A DNA stretch of 64,000 nt. Source: Macrostomum lignano. Its lineage: Eukaryota. Below are positions 35,152 to 48,000 of this stretch, piece by piece. The notes under the pieces were generated by a model. That model saw only the letters and a program-made list of their open reading frames with translations, had not been told where the DNA came from and did not search any database. The translations under genes were made by a program, and so were the position numbers. Position 1 is the first letter of the stretch. The number at the start of each line of letters is the position of its first letter. The DNA is taken from assembly GCA_002269645.1 (NCBI GenBank), contig NIVC01000040.1, positions 372,001 to 436,000 on the forward strand, in the 5' to 3' direction.

Positions 35152-36314
35152 TGGCGCTTTTTAAAAAGTTGAACTCAATAATCTAGTCGCGTAACTACAT
35201 CGATGTTTACTTAATACGTAGCTGTGGATTAAGCATGAAATTAAAAGTATACAAAATGACTCTGTTTTAAGTTATTTACGATACATATCGGCAAAAGCTA
35301 GAGTTAAAGTTGTAACTAGTAAACTTTTATGAGTTTATTGTAGATTTAAGAACCGTAACAATTTACACTATTAAATTTTTTGAGCATTATTATCTACTTA
35401 CAACCAGTAGTAAAATAACCTTTCTAACTTACTATGTATAAATATAATTTTAAATTACTTTTCAGAGTTAGTTAAAACATTTGCAGTGTACAACTAAACC
35501 TTATCTTACGGGAAAAAATATTTTTTTAAATAATTAGAAGTTAAGAAACTTTTGATAAAAATTTTATTACTAATATATCCAGACCACTTTGCTTGCAGCC
35601 AATTATTTTATTAGATGATTTTTCTTTGAAATGACATGATTTTACTACTATAAGTAGCCAAGAGTAGCTAGTTTTGAAAAAAAATTGACAAACAGAAAAT
35701 TATGTCCATCAGTTTTATATAAAGCGAATAATCATAATTTCTTCTAGATTGCATATTCAAAGTCTTCGATTTAGACACGAAGCTTAATACTTGACTTGAG
35801 CAATGGGAACAAATAACAGCGTATTAAAATCGGAACTTTAACTAATCGAATTAAATTGGGGCGCAAAAACAATTCGGCAAATTTATTATTACAGTAATAT
35901 GTCAGCGGTAAATAGAATCCATTTACTTGCAAACTAGCTAGTATGCAAATTGAAGCATCAAAAATTACCAGAAATGATCTGTGTAAGCACCTGGCATATA
36001 AGGGACACTGAATTACTGTAGGTCGTAAGGCAGGTCTGGAAAAAATTCCGTTACCTCTTTGTTTTTTACTTTGTATAGAGAAACGTGTGAGCCAACCTCG
36101 GGTAAAACCACAGATGCTAGAATAACTACTTAGATTTTTCACTCGCGATTTGATGTCATGAAAAAGTCGAGTACCTACTCATTCCTCAATAGTTTGTCTG
36201 CGCAGTGTGATATAAATTTAACGTGGCAGCAAAAACTTCCCTTAATCTTCAGGGTTTGCGGCCTCAGGAGCATATGGGGTTAAAATGAACAACAACCATT
36301 ACCTCGATGTACAC

Positions 36315-36830
36315 AAGTGAATGCAAGACGGAACTTAGCCTAGGGGGCCGGCCCAATCTAGCTGAGCCAATGAGAGAGCAGTAAGGAGAGAGGTCAAAGT
36401 CAGTCGGACGAATGCCAGCCTAAGGAGGCAGACCCAAGTTAGCTCAGCCAATGAGAGAGCAGTAAGGAGAGAGATCAAAGTCAGACGGACGAAACTCAGC
36501 CTAGGGGGCAGGCCCAATCTAGCTCAGCCAATGAGAGAACAGTAAAGAGAGAGGTCAAAGTCAGTCGGACGAATGTCAGCCTAAGGAGGCAGACCCAAGT
36601 TAGCTCAGCCAATGAGAGAGCAGTAAGGAGAGAGATCAAAGTCAGACGGACGAAACTCAGCCTAGGGGGCAGGCCCAATCTAGCTCAGCCAATGAGAGAA
36701 CAGTAAAGAGAGAGGCCAGTGAGACAGACACGAGCAGGCAAGAGGAAAGCCAAACTGTTTATCGGCCTAGCTGGGGGCAGGGGTCTCCCTTATCTCTCTT
36801 GCTTGCTATGCACACAAACTGGATTTGACT
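36315..36830 (-). mobile_element. Copy 2 of the 81-bp-array element
   Basis: Alternating 81/80-bp units (161-bp dimer; the ORF track repeats at offset 161). Flanks homologous to 20560-21350. Confidence 0.75.
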
Positions 36831-37040
36831 TTTTTAGTTTTCCTGCAATCTTCCATCTTAAACGCTAATTTGCTACTGAAAAAGAGTAGATAAGCGCATT
36901 GTTTGTGAATGACATTTCCTAGTTATTCGTGCATCTGGGGATAAAAAAAGATTAAAAACACACGTTAGACAGACGGATTTGCAATTGGAAAGTTTATTTT
37001 GGCTTTATATATTCTGCAGTTAAACAAACCAAGCTCTCAC

Positions 37041-40000
37041 TCAATGCAGCCACTGCCTATAATCCTCTGGCACCGCCGTTAGCAAATTTTTCGATTCCAA
37101 AAACTTTCTACTAAACAATTTAGCGTAGTAGCGCTGGCCCAAGTCGCACAGGCAGGTGACAATCACGTGACCAGGCCCCATCTGGCGGGCGGCCTGCACG
37201 GCGCCGGCCACGTTAATGCCGGACGAGGCGCCAACAAAGAAGCCCTCCTCATGCAGCAGGCGGAACGTGTGCTCAACCGCCATTGCGTCGGTGATGTGCA
37301 GCGCGTGATCCACAGGTGCGCCAGACAGGTTCTGCGTCACCCGGCCCTGCCCGATGCCCTCGGTGATGGAGCCGTCGCCTTGGCGTTTCAACTCGCCATG
37401 GGTGAAATAGTTGTACAGTACGCTGCCCTCAGGGTCCAGTAAGAAGGTGCGCACGTCCGGGTTGCGCTCCTGGGGGTTCCAGGGGATGAAGATAGCTTCA
37501 ACTACAATTTCACTTAATTTCTGTATCACCCTCTCTTCCCTGTTCTATGTATCTCCCTCTCCCCCTATCTGTATCTACCTCTCCCCAAGTCTGTATCTCC
37601 CTCTCCCCCAGTCTGTATCTCCCTCTCCCCCAGTCTGTATCTCCCTCTTCCCCAGTCTGTATCTCCCTCTTCCCCAGTCTGTATCTCCCTTTCCCCCAGT
37701 CTGTATCTCCCTCTTCCCCAGTCTGTATCTCCCTCTTCCCCAGTCTGTATCTCCCTCTTCCCCAGTCTGTATCTCCCTTTCCCCCAGTCTGTATCTCCCT
37801 CTCCCCCAGTCTGTATCTCCCTCTTCCCCAGTCTGTATCTCCCTCTCCCCCAGTCTGTATCTCCCTCTCCCCCAGTCTGTATCTCCCTCTTCCCCAGTCT
37901 GTATCTCCCTTTCCCCCCAGTCTGTATCTCCCGCTTCCCTGTCTGTATCTCCCTCTCCCCCAGTCTGTATCTCCCGCTTCCCTGTCTGTATCTACCTCTC
38001 CCCAAGTCTGTATCTCCCTCTCCCCTGTCTGTATCCCCTCTCCAATCTGTTTACACACCAAGCCTTATTCTATTACTCTCAATCCCGTGATGAGCGCGTC
38101 ATCTGTCACTGCCTGTAGTCTTTATCTATTTTTTATTCAACTGCTCATAAAAACTGTCTGCAAGCTTCTCTAGACCCAAAAGGGGACACTATAGCTACTC
38201 TTATCTTAACCGCTCGGGCTAAGCAATTTATTAGAGAAAATTCACACCTTGTACCAGCCCTTACCCTGAAACTGAAATAACTAGGTCGGCTTATCTAAAA
38301 AACGATAAGGTAACAGTTTTAGCTAGCCAACAAAATATTACAATTTTCCCTACCTTGAGAAAAGTGCCAACACCGGCCAGTGTACCCCCGGTGCCGGTGG
38401 CGAAGGCCACAGCGTCAACCCGGCCCTCGGTCTCCTCCCAGATCTCCGGACCAGTGGTTTCGTAGTGGGCCAGCCTGCATAGAAATTGAGCATAGCGTAC
38501 TTAGTTGGGGGGTATTTGGGTAGCTATATAGTGAGTAGTTCAAGTATATCCAGATTGTAAAGCAATATTATATGATTCCTATATGGATCTCTACCTCTTG
38601 AGAGTCTTAACCAGACGTAAGAATCTCATTCCTTAGTCTGGAATAAAGATTTCATGATAATCTCACCCTTAATTCTAATTAAGCTTAAACCCTACTGAGA
38701 ATCTCATTTTTAATTCTAATAACCCTTAAATCCCCACGAGAATCTTAACGCTTAGAGCCTTATCGTCATGAGAATCTCACCTTTAATTCTAATTACCCTT
38801 AAACCCTAATGAGAATCTCATCATTTAGAGCCTTATCGTCATGAGAATCTCAACACTTAGAGCCTCGTTTTCATGAGAATCTCACCGGTTAGAGCCTCCT
38901 CGACCTCATGAGAATCTCACCACTTAGAGCCTTCTCACTCTTCTGAGAATCTCCCCGCCTAGAGGCTCCTCGACCTCATGAGAATCTCACCACTTAGAGC
39001 CTTCTCACTCTCCTGAGAATCTCCCCGCCTAGAGCCTCCTCGACCTCATGAGAATCATATCCCTTAGAGCCTCCTCACTCTCCTGAGAATCTCACCGCTT
39101 AAAGCCTCCTCACCCTTATAAGAATCTCAGCACTGAAAGTTTCACCTAAAGTCTCAAACAAGAACTAAAGATAGACATGCGCAGCGCCCTTTAAGTCTTA
39201 TATACTCGTATATTTCTAATAATAAATTTTTACTCCTGATACGCTCCTATCTCGTAAACCAAGCCAATAACCCAAGGGTGCCTGTTGGACTTTAATCACA
39301 CTTTAACTTAAGTTTAACCGAACAAACGCACAACTAACGTTTCAAGAAAGCTAAAAATTCTACCTGTGATAAGGCACAACTGTAAAAATACACTATACTA
39401 TATAATTGATAACAGATTCTCAACAGTTGGAAAATGACTGCATGAGACTAGTCTAAGAGCGCAACACGCAGTGTTAGAGTGCTATGATTAAAAAGTAGCG
39501 AACAAATATGATGTACACGTTAGCATGTACATGAATGCACAATGCACATAACTGCCCTGACTCATAGTTACAAGGTGTATCAGACGTTTGCTACAGCCAG
39601 GGGAGCAAAACTAACAGCAAGAGTATATTAGCATCATGGCCTGTTTCCGTTCTAAATTGATCTGTGATCTGGCATTTCATTCCCTGTGTTTTGTGACTTC
39701 CGGATATCTTCAGTAGCTTCCGGGATCTGCGATTTGGCATCTCATTCCCTGTGTTTCGTGACTTCCGGATCTCTTCAGTAGCATCCGGGATCTGCGATCT
39801 GGAATCTCATTCCCTGTGTTTTGTGACTTCCGGATCTCCTCAGTAGCATCCGGGATCTGCGATCTGGCATCTCATTCCCTGTGTTTTGTAACTTCCGGAT
39901 CTCTTCAGTAGCTTCCGGGATCTGCGATCTGGCATTTCATTCCCTGTGTTTTGTAACTTCCGGATCTCCTCAGTAGCTTCCAGGATCTGCGATCTGGCAT

Positions 40001-41163
40001 TTCATTCCCTGTGTTTTGTAACTTCCGGATCTCCTCATTAGCTTCCAGGATCTGCGATCTGGCATTTCATTCCCTGTGTTTTGTAACTTCCGGATCTCTT
40101 CAGTAGCTTCCGGGATCTGCGATCTGGCATTTCATTCCCTGTGTTTTGTAACTTCCGGATCTCCTCAGTAGCTTCCAGGATCTGCGATCTGGCATTTCAT
40201 TCCCTGTGTTTTGTAACTTCCGGATCTCCTCAGTAGCTTCCAGGATCTGCGATCTGGCATTTCATTCCCTGTGTTTTGTAACTTCCGGATCTCTTCAGTA
40301 GCTTCCGGGATCTGCGATCTGGCATTTCATTCCCTGTGTTCTGTAACTTCCGGATCTCTTCAGTAGCTTCCGGGATCTGCGATCTGGCATTTCATTCCCT
40401 GTGTTCTGTAACTTCCGGATCTCTTCAGTAGCTTCCGGGATCTGCAATCTGGCATCTCATTCCCTGTGTTCTGTAACTTCCGGATCTCTTCAGTAGCTTC
40501 CGGGATCTGCGATCTGGCATTTCATTCCCTGTGTTCTGTAACTTCCAGGTCCCAGTATTATCTAAGAATTCCTCCCGTTGACTGTGTCTGGATAAAGAAC
40601 TGGTTAGCTAGCCCACATACGGCTACACGTAGACCCACGAGTTGGATCTGCAAATACTTATCACGCATATGGTCTCACCTATTAGCGGTATTATCAAACT
40701 GATTAGTCCACACGGAGTTCTCCAATCCTTCGGCGAATCGCTTCGCTTGATGATTATAATTATTAGGATCCGTGTAGGCAACGGCCGGTACGGGATACAC
40801 TGTGGCGCCTAATACTCTTAACAAGTCGATTTTCTCTTTAGACTGAGTTTCAGGCATAAATATGACACATTTATACCCAAGCGCGTTGCACAGGTGAGCC
40901 AAACCGATACCGGTATTACCGGCGGTGCCTTCAACCACGGTGCCGCCAGGTTTCAATTGGCCGCGCTTTACCGCATCAGCAATCAGATACAAAGCGGCCC
41001 GGTCTTTCACCGAGCCGCCAGCGTTGGCGTACTCGGCTTTAGCAAGGATTTCGCAGCCAGTAGCTTCGCTAACCCGACCCAATCTGATCATAGGCGTACG
41101 CCCTACAGCGCCGCGAAGGCCCTGACGAATCAGACTGTTAGCCAGAGTGGACATGCTATTCAT
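37041..41163 (-). CDS. cysK: PLP-dependent cysteine synthase family protein (CysK / fungal Cys1-like), 344 aa, 3 exons
   Basis: Exons 40679-41163, 38354-38474, 37041-37469 (1035 nt, phases consistent). [17 protein letters not shown] (PLP lysine), [52 protein letters not shown]. No haem or Bateman domains, so not cystathionine beta-synthase. Confidence 0.93.
37545..38030. repeat. 22-bp minisatellite in cysteine synthase intron 2
   Basis: CCAGTCTGTATCTCCCTCT(T/C)CC. Confidence 0.95.
38690..39130. repeat. Approximately 32-35-bp minisatellite in cysteine synthase intron 1
   Basis: ATGAGAATCTCACCACTTAGAGCCTCCTCGACCTC-type units. Confidence 0.85.
39655..40550. repeat. 65-bp minisatellite, about 14 copies, cysteine synthase intron 1
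   Basis: GATCTGCGATCTGGCATTTCATTCCCTGTGTTTTGTAACTTCCGGATCTCTTCAGTAGCTTCCGG; period 65. Confidence 0.96.
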
Positions 41164-41750
41164 AGGTTGATTACTTTAACTTATGTTTATCCAGTCTCAG
41201 TTCGGCGCAGAGTCGATAGTAGGTTCACTGAAAAATCAGGATGTCATTGATCTTTAGTACGTTTCATAATGGATGTTTCATTTTGGATAATGATCTTTTA
41301 TCAAGTAGCTAAATGACTTATAAATTAATTTTCATTGTTTCACCTGGACAGAAAGCACAAAATAGAGTCAAATGACTTGTTGGCATGCTGCAACAGAAAG
41401 AACAACAGGGTTTGTAACCCACGGCAGTGTTACGTTAGTTTATACTTTGCCATTAAATATTATAGTCAGCCAATAGGATTTCGCGTATTTGTTTACGTGA
41501 CTTATGACCCGGCTCAGTTCTGTGGAGGGATAGGGTTGCAGCATTAAAAAGCAACAAGTAGCCATTTTTGACAGAATATAATTAAGCAATCAACAAGACA
41601 GACAGCATCGTACGTTTTATATATCGTACAGTTAATAAATAAAAATGTTATAAGCGTTCAGTGCTAAGTGCGTTCAGCGTTTTCTGAATTCAATAGTTAA
41701 CAGACGATGTTAAATTATAACCACCACGTGGGTGAACTGTGAAGACAGCT

Positions 41751-42749
41751 CTATCGTCCACGCCCGATGCGACCAGGACCCCGAACTGGATGAGTGACCA
41801 GACGCGGCCGAGCTACTGGCACGGACGGCACGCAGCCCAAGGCCTCGGTGCGGCCAGAAAAACCGTCCAGTTCGAGAAGCAGTGGCGGCGACAGGGGGCG
41901 ACAGCGCTGCAGCTTCTGGCATCGACTGCTGCCACGCAGCTGACGCAACGACGGCGTCAATGTCTCTGAGCGCGGCGGAACAGCGCTCGGATGCAGACCT
42001 TTAATCGGACCAAAATAGTAGTCGCAGGACCGCTGGGGACCAGGCGAAAGATTGACACGAAAATCGCACTCGTAATTGTAGCACGATTTTGCTTTCTTTT
42101 TATTAGCCTTTCTAGCGCTATTGGTATTGGCTGTCGCACTGAATAGGCTGGATATTGTTGAACTGGTCAGTACAGACGGCGTCTCAACTCGAACTACGCG
42201 CTGGCTATGGCTGTCTTGATTCTTTTTTTGATTTCCAAACTGCCAATTGTTGCAGTAGTTTTTCTGCTGCAGCTCTTCGATATTTGACTGGCTTTGCTTC
42301 GTTTGAGACCGCGAAATCTCGACAGATTCCGGCAGTTCAAACGCGATGGGATCTCTGACCAGAGATCGGACAGCATCGGCGCTCGGGTACAGCTCAAGAT
42401 CGTCCTCAAAGTGAGTCAGTAGCTTACCAAAGCTAGAGAACAGACGGCAGGTGAGGCTAATATTGGCTGTTCCTGCCGGCAATAAAGTGATGAGATCACC
42501 GGACAAGCTCACGGGGCCGGCAAGACAGGCGTCGCCTTGTGGTCCCGGAGACATACCAGGACAATCGCCATTCGCTGCAACGCCGGTGATGACACTTCTC
42601 GATTTCACAGACGGCGATGTAGACTCGTTCTGGCCAAGAGCCGTAGCTAGACGCTCTGCGCTGTCTGTATGCACTGCTGCGCCGGCTTCGGACCTCTCAG
42701 CAGCGGTGCCGGTTCGACTGCCGAGCATACAGTTCAAGTGACGCAGCAT
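41751..42749 (-). CDS. Uncharacterised 332-codon ORF (or large exon)
   Basis: Long non-repetitive ORF with a possible acceptor (CGTAG) just upstream of the ATG; no domain recognised. Confidence 0.45.
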   Translation of the reverse strand: MLRHLNCMLGSRTGTAAERSEAGAAVHTDSAERLATALGQNESTSPSVKSRSVITGVAANGDCPGMSPGPQGDACLAGPVSLSGDLITLLPAGTANISLTCRLFSSFGKLLTHFEDDLELYPSADAVRSLVRDPIAFELPESVEISRSQTKQSQSNIEELQQKNYCNNWQFGNQKKNQDSHSQRVVRVETPSVLTSSTISSLFSATANTNSARKANKKKAKSCYNYECDFRVNLSPGPQRSCDYYFGPIKGLHPSAVPPRSETLTPSLRQLRGSSRCQKLQRCRPLSPPLLLELDGFSGRTEALGCVPSVPVARPRLVTHPVRGPGRIGRGR

Positions 42750-43401
42750 GATGCGCTACGTATTGATGCACTTAAACCAGTGGCTATTTATATAGCTTTT
42801 GACATTTATTTAGACCATGATGTGGTGTTCTTTTGCACGCTGGCAATATTCATTTGTGGTTTGTACAATCTAATAGAGACTTCAATACGACAACAGCCTT
42901 AGTTAGTGGCTTCTAAAAGGATTGTCTATGGCAACTCTGTGAGCTCGTCATCTACTAAGAGTAACTAACGTACTTATTAGATGATTTCATGTTTTGCTTC
43001 TTAAATGGGATCTACGCTCAAAGCTTAAACGGCCCGAAGTTTTGCTCTAGCCAATTAAAATATAAAAATTAAGATCAGATTGAGAAGTAAAGTTAGATTT
43101 CTCAATATTTTTAGCTTCAGAACTTTGCAAAAAAATGGCCATAGGCAAAATAAACTTCCACGCTTGTATTTATTCATCGAAAAAACTACCCAACTTTTTC
43201 GTTTGACGACGAAAAAATCAAAATGGCAGAGAGACAAGGATCGCTTCTTCGCTTTTATCTGTCGCTCTCTTCTCCCTCTGTTTAGTCTCTGCATTTCCTT
43301 CATCAACTTCTCGGTCTCCGTGCGTTTTTTATCTGGCTTCCGAAAAAAATTTCACCAGTCACTTTGTAACAAAAAATGACAGCAATACGTTCAAAAGTTG
43401 G

Positions 43402-43977
43402 TCATATATTGCTTTCAGAAGCGCCGCCGATGCCGCTGCTGCTGCTGCCGGGACAACAGAAGCTGCTGCTGTGGCCGAGTTTAAATATATTCGACGACTC
43501 GGATTCGTCGCTTAGGATTCCGCAGAATCCGTTTCTAGGCAACATGTTGTCGCCAGCGTGCGACAGGCGACCAGTAGAGGACTGCACGGTGACCTCGGAC
43601 ATTCCTCCTGTAGTGGGCGCTGTAGTAGACGGTTGGAACTGCTTCAGTTTCTCGCCGATGGCCAACTTCAATGGCACTTGAAATTCTTTATTAAGCAGCT
43701 GTTTCTTATCGCCGCGACTGGTCTCGAGGCTCATCGACAGGTCCAAGCTCAGATTGAGATCATTGAGATCATTAATAGATGACACAGCAACAGATGACAT
43801 ATCTCGATATGACAAATTCAAACAAAGATTAGCAATGTTTTCGCTGTCAGCAGCAGTATCTTTGGTTGATAACCTCTGTTTGGAAGCGGAATCGTTTCTA
43901 TTAGCAAGGTTAACTTGTTCGTTTGAATCATTGGTCTGATTGAGTAGACAAACGATACGCTTCAAGTTGTCTGCCAT
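43402..43977 (-). CDS. Uncharacterised 191-aa Ser/Asn-rich ORF
   Basis: ATG in good context (GGCAACATGG), non-repetitive; no domain recognised. Confidence 0.45.
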   Translation of the reverse strand: MADNLKRIVCLLNQTNDSNEQVNLANRNDSASKQRLSTKDTAADSENIANLCLNLSYRDMSSVAVSSINDLNDLNLSLDLSMSLETSRGDKKQLLNKEFQVPLKLAIGEKLKQFQPSTTAPTTGGMSEVTVQSSTGRLSHAGDNMLPRNGFCGILSDESESSNIFKLGHSSSFCCPGSSSSGIGGASESNI

Positions 43978-44842
43978 GTTGCCGCGAGTAAGTACTGATT
44001 AGCTGTCGATCGGTTTTCACAAGTTGCTCTAATTAGTAATTGTATATCTTTTGTGCCTCTTTTACCATTCATTTACCACAGACTATTTTTGACAAAAGCG
44101 ATTCTACAAGCATTCCCATGAGATAGCTGCCGCCTTGTGGCGAGTCCATGGGCTTAAAGATGGGCGTTGGCGCCATTAAAGATTACCAGCTGCTCAGCGT
44201 CCACAGAATATCCAGTTAACCTCAATGTATGACAAATTTTCGACTCGAAAAAGCTGCACCAGCGCGGTGGTTCAGTTCCAATTGTAAAGATCGATATGGA
44301 CAAGCTGTCTAACTGTCCTTCAAGTTCTGCGCAAGTTGACCTGCCTCGATGTGCACCATCCTTGAGTCCTAGCTGTCAAGAGACTCAGTTCGAACTCATC
44401 AAGAAATATCAGGTGTCCACCATGTCTTTTCTTAATCAATTAATTGACTACTTGGATGATAATTCACAGCAAAGAATACAAAAACTGAGATACGAGTTAA
44501 GGTAACTGGGGTATATTTTTTAGGCTCTCATTAAGAAAGTATTTCATACTATATATATACATATACATAATGTTGCTGAGATGACAACTGTAGTCATACA
44601 TCATGCCCAACACCCATCCGAACTATCCAAACCAGATGGGTGAAATGGCTGCCAGCCAAGGTAAGTTGGAAAAAAAATGCAAAAAATTAAAATTTTGGGA
44701 AAAAAGAAAGGAGAGGAAGAGAAAGAGAAAAGAAAGGAGAGAGAAGAGAGAGAGGGAAAAGAGGAGAGAGATTAAGAGAAAGAGAAGAAAAGAGTAAAAG
44801 GCAAGAAAAGTCATATACAAAGTGAAAATTAAGTTGCAATTG

Positions 44843-45070
44843 GGGGAACTAAGTCGCAATCAGGAGGAACTAAGTCTCAATTGAGAGGAACTAAGTCGCA
44901 ATCAGGAGGAACTAAGTCTCAATTGAGAGGAACTAAGTCGCAATCAGGAGGAACTAAGTCTCAATTGAGAGGAACTAAGTCGCAATCAGGAGGAACTAAG
45001 TCTCAATTGAGAGGAACTAAGTCGCAATCAGGAGGAACTAAGTCTCAATTGAGAGGAACTAAGTCGCAAA
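44843..45070. repeat. 42-bp (2x21) tandem repeat
   Basis: GGAACTAAGTCGCAATCAGGA alternating with GGAACTAAGTCTCAATTGAGA. Confidence 0.95.
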
Positions 45071-48000
45071 TCTGGACAGAACTAAGTTGCACCAGATGGG
45101 TGAAATTTTGAAGTTAGGCATGTATGACTGTAGTCTTCTCTTCACAATGCTTCGTGTTTTAGATTAGACTGTCTTTAATAATAGTTAATGCTTGGCTTAT
45201 CAAGAAAGGGGTTTTACATTGATTAAAAAGAATTTTGAAGATATATCACAAAGCAGTTTGCTTGTTTATCTAATCTAAAGTTTATTTAAAATGATTTATT
45301 AGCTTAAAATTATTTTAACACTCAACTTAGATAGTTCAAATATATTTTACATCTTGCTATCAAATCATGACCCAATAGAAAATAATAGAAAATAGAAAAT
45401 AACTGCCATCTCTATGCCAAAATTATAAAGTAAAAAAACATAATCACAAACAGCAAAATAATTGTGCAAAGTTCTATCATAGACACTTTCTTACATTATT
45501 TGAATTCTATAAATGTCAGATGTATAACCTTGCCATAATATGCATCATGGCACAACTTGTATAATTGTTGTCTAATGAAGTAAATATGATATACATGTCA
45601 TATATGCTAGATACTTATGTGTCCTAATGCTAATATATGGCATAGCTATATTTTTCAATTTTGTTTAGAATGCTAAAATGCTTATATTTGGTTAAGAAAG
45701 CCTAATTATTTAAAAAAAGAGGCCTTACCAGATTTTGTACTAAAAAATAAATAATTTTCTTTCTACTTATATATTATTATTTCTCATACTAAAAGTTGAA
45801 TATATGCATCAAAAAATCTTACATTTTTTAGAAATAACATTACTAATAAATTTGCAAAAAAATTGTCTGTTTAAAATAACAAAATAATTTGAATGTTAAA
45901 CTTTTCTTTTAAATATACCTAAAAATTCTAATACAATTAGGAACCAAGTTTAGGGAAAGGAGCTCAATTTGTTTTTGTGTTATTCTCAAACTTGCAAATA
46001 TAAGAATTGGTTATTTACAAAAGGAGTAAAATGTAACTTGGTAGCATAGGTGGGGGCAAAGGGGGCTATCCCCAAGTGACCACCCTCCTACCCCCTTGGG
46101 GGTGACTACCCTCCTATCCCTCTGTGGGATGACTCACTGTATTTTTATACTGAGCATGTTATATGCATTTTTGTGAGATTTAAGCAGAATATGCTGCTCT
46201 AATTCTAAAAATTCACTGGGAGAGAGAGGTGACCACCCAATCACTGCCCTCTCCCATTTGGAGATACTGCACCACCATTGCTTTAATTGTGCCACCTTTT
46301 TGTGCATCACCCCATATCATTGTGTGCTTATATATTTGAGACATAAAGCAAATAAACTCGTTAATAAAGTAAAAAAATATTTCAAAAATAAAATATACCA
46401 AAGTAAATATGCATAAAACTATAAATGAATGAACTAATATTTTGAATATTTTCCCAAAAAATCCTATTTCAAAATGCTGGTTGGTTTAGTTTTTGGTTTA
46501 GTTTAAAGCACTTAATGTCTTATATTGTTTCTATAAAAAGATTTGTTATTTGTAATTTATTATAAAGTGCAGAATGTTCTATTCTAAATTAGGCAAAACT
46601 AGTTTAAAAATTATTTAGTTAAATGTTGAAATGGTGAAAATTTAACCTTATAAGTAGCAAAATAACCTTTGAATTAAAGAAATACTTTTAAAAAATAATT
46701 AAAAATTTTTTTTTAATCTTATTAATGCATAAACCAATATATTTTTAGCATGACTTTTGTCTCATATGTCTAATAGACAAAAAATAAATATTTGTGATAT
46801 AACTTATCATTTGACTTATTTGTTAGTGGTAATATTAATTTTTTTACTTTTTTTAACTTTTTGGCAAATTTAATGTCATCATTTTAATTTTAAATCTAAA
46901 GGGCATAGCTATTAAATATTAGAACTGTATACTTATACTACTATAAAATAAAAATATGGTTCAATATGCTTGCTTGTTTTGTTAAAAATCCTTATTATTT
47001 ATTTTATGAATTCTAATTTAGCCAGTTTTTGCACTTTTAAAGATTAATAATTTTTTATTTTAAAATAATATTATGTTTATTTATTTTGTCTTTTTAAACT
47101 TGGAAATTTTGATATAATGCATATGCCCCTAGGACTTAGATATAAAATAATGATTACTTAGCCATTATATATATTATATATAAATAATATATTATATATT
47201 TTAGTAACAAATGACTATATGCTAATAAGGCATTTTGCCGTTTTGGTGAGAAGTTTCATCTATACCAAATTTATTTGACATAAAAGCCATTTTTAGACTT
47301 ATGCTTTTATGTTTTGTTTAGATAAGATAGCCATATAGGCCCCTCCTAAGCCTACACAATGTATATAATTTTATATTAAGCCTTATGGATGGCAATTTTC
47401 ATATTTTCCACTCTAAATATTTTATTTGCCATTATAGCCACTCATAGGTAGTATGGCAGGACACCTTCTGGCACTTTGGGTTATCATTCTTGCTGCCAAA
47501 CTACAAGCTACCATTGAACTATGTAACTTGGAATCTTGGATCTAAATAATGATAGGCTAGTTGCCTTAGTGTCAAATGTTGACATTGCCAAATATATACC
47601 AGCTATCAAAGTACTAAGGGCCTATTTGCTGCAAAATAGCCTAGACTGCGGTACCTGCAATATCCCAATGTCTCTACAATGCCATGCAAGACAAGACTGC
47701 ATTGATAGCTAGTAGCCTAGTATTAGCTAGTCCTATAAGACATGCAGATACAAATGCTATTAGTTTATCTAATAGGGCTTGTTCTTTAAGAGAAACTATC
47801 TGTTACTAGCATAGCTTAGTGAAATTAGGCCTATTTACTTTTATGTAAAGGATCGAAAGCTTGCCAATGTGAACAAGGAGGCTTGACTATTGACTTGGCC
47901 ACAATGCTTCTATGCCTATGGACTGACTAGTTTAACTTTAACTTTAGTATCCAACAATAACATTCATTAATGGTGACTCCTTAGCTTCTAACCCCTACGA

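Noticed and set aside
44592-45131. Possible small TIR element (AGTCATAC..GTATGACT) with an internal ACCAGATGGGTGAAAT direct repeat
   Set aside because: The inverted match is short and the TSD ambiguous; it cannot be distinguished from chance or local duplication.
47456-47525. Plus-strand mini-exon resembling a signal peptide (MAGHLLALWVIILAAKL)
   Set aside because: Isolated, with no downstream exon identified.
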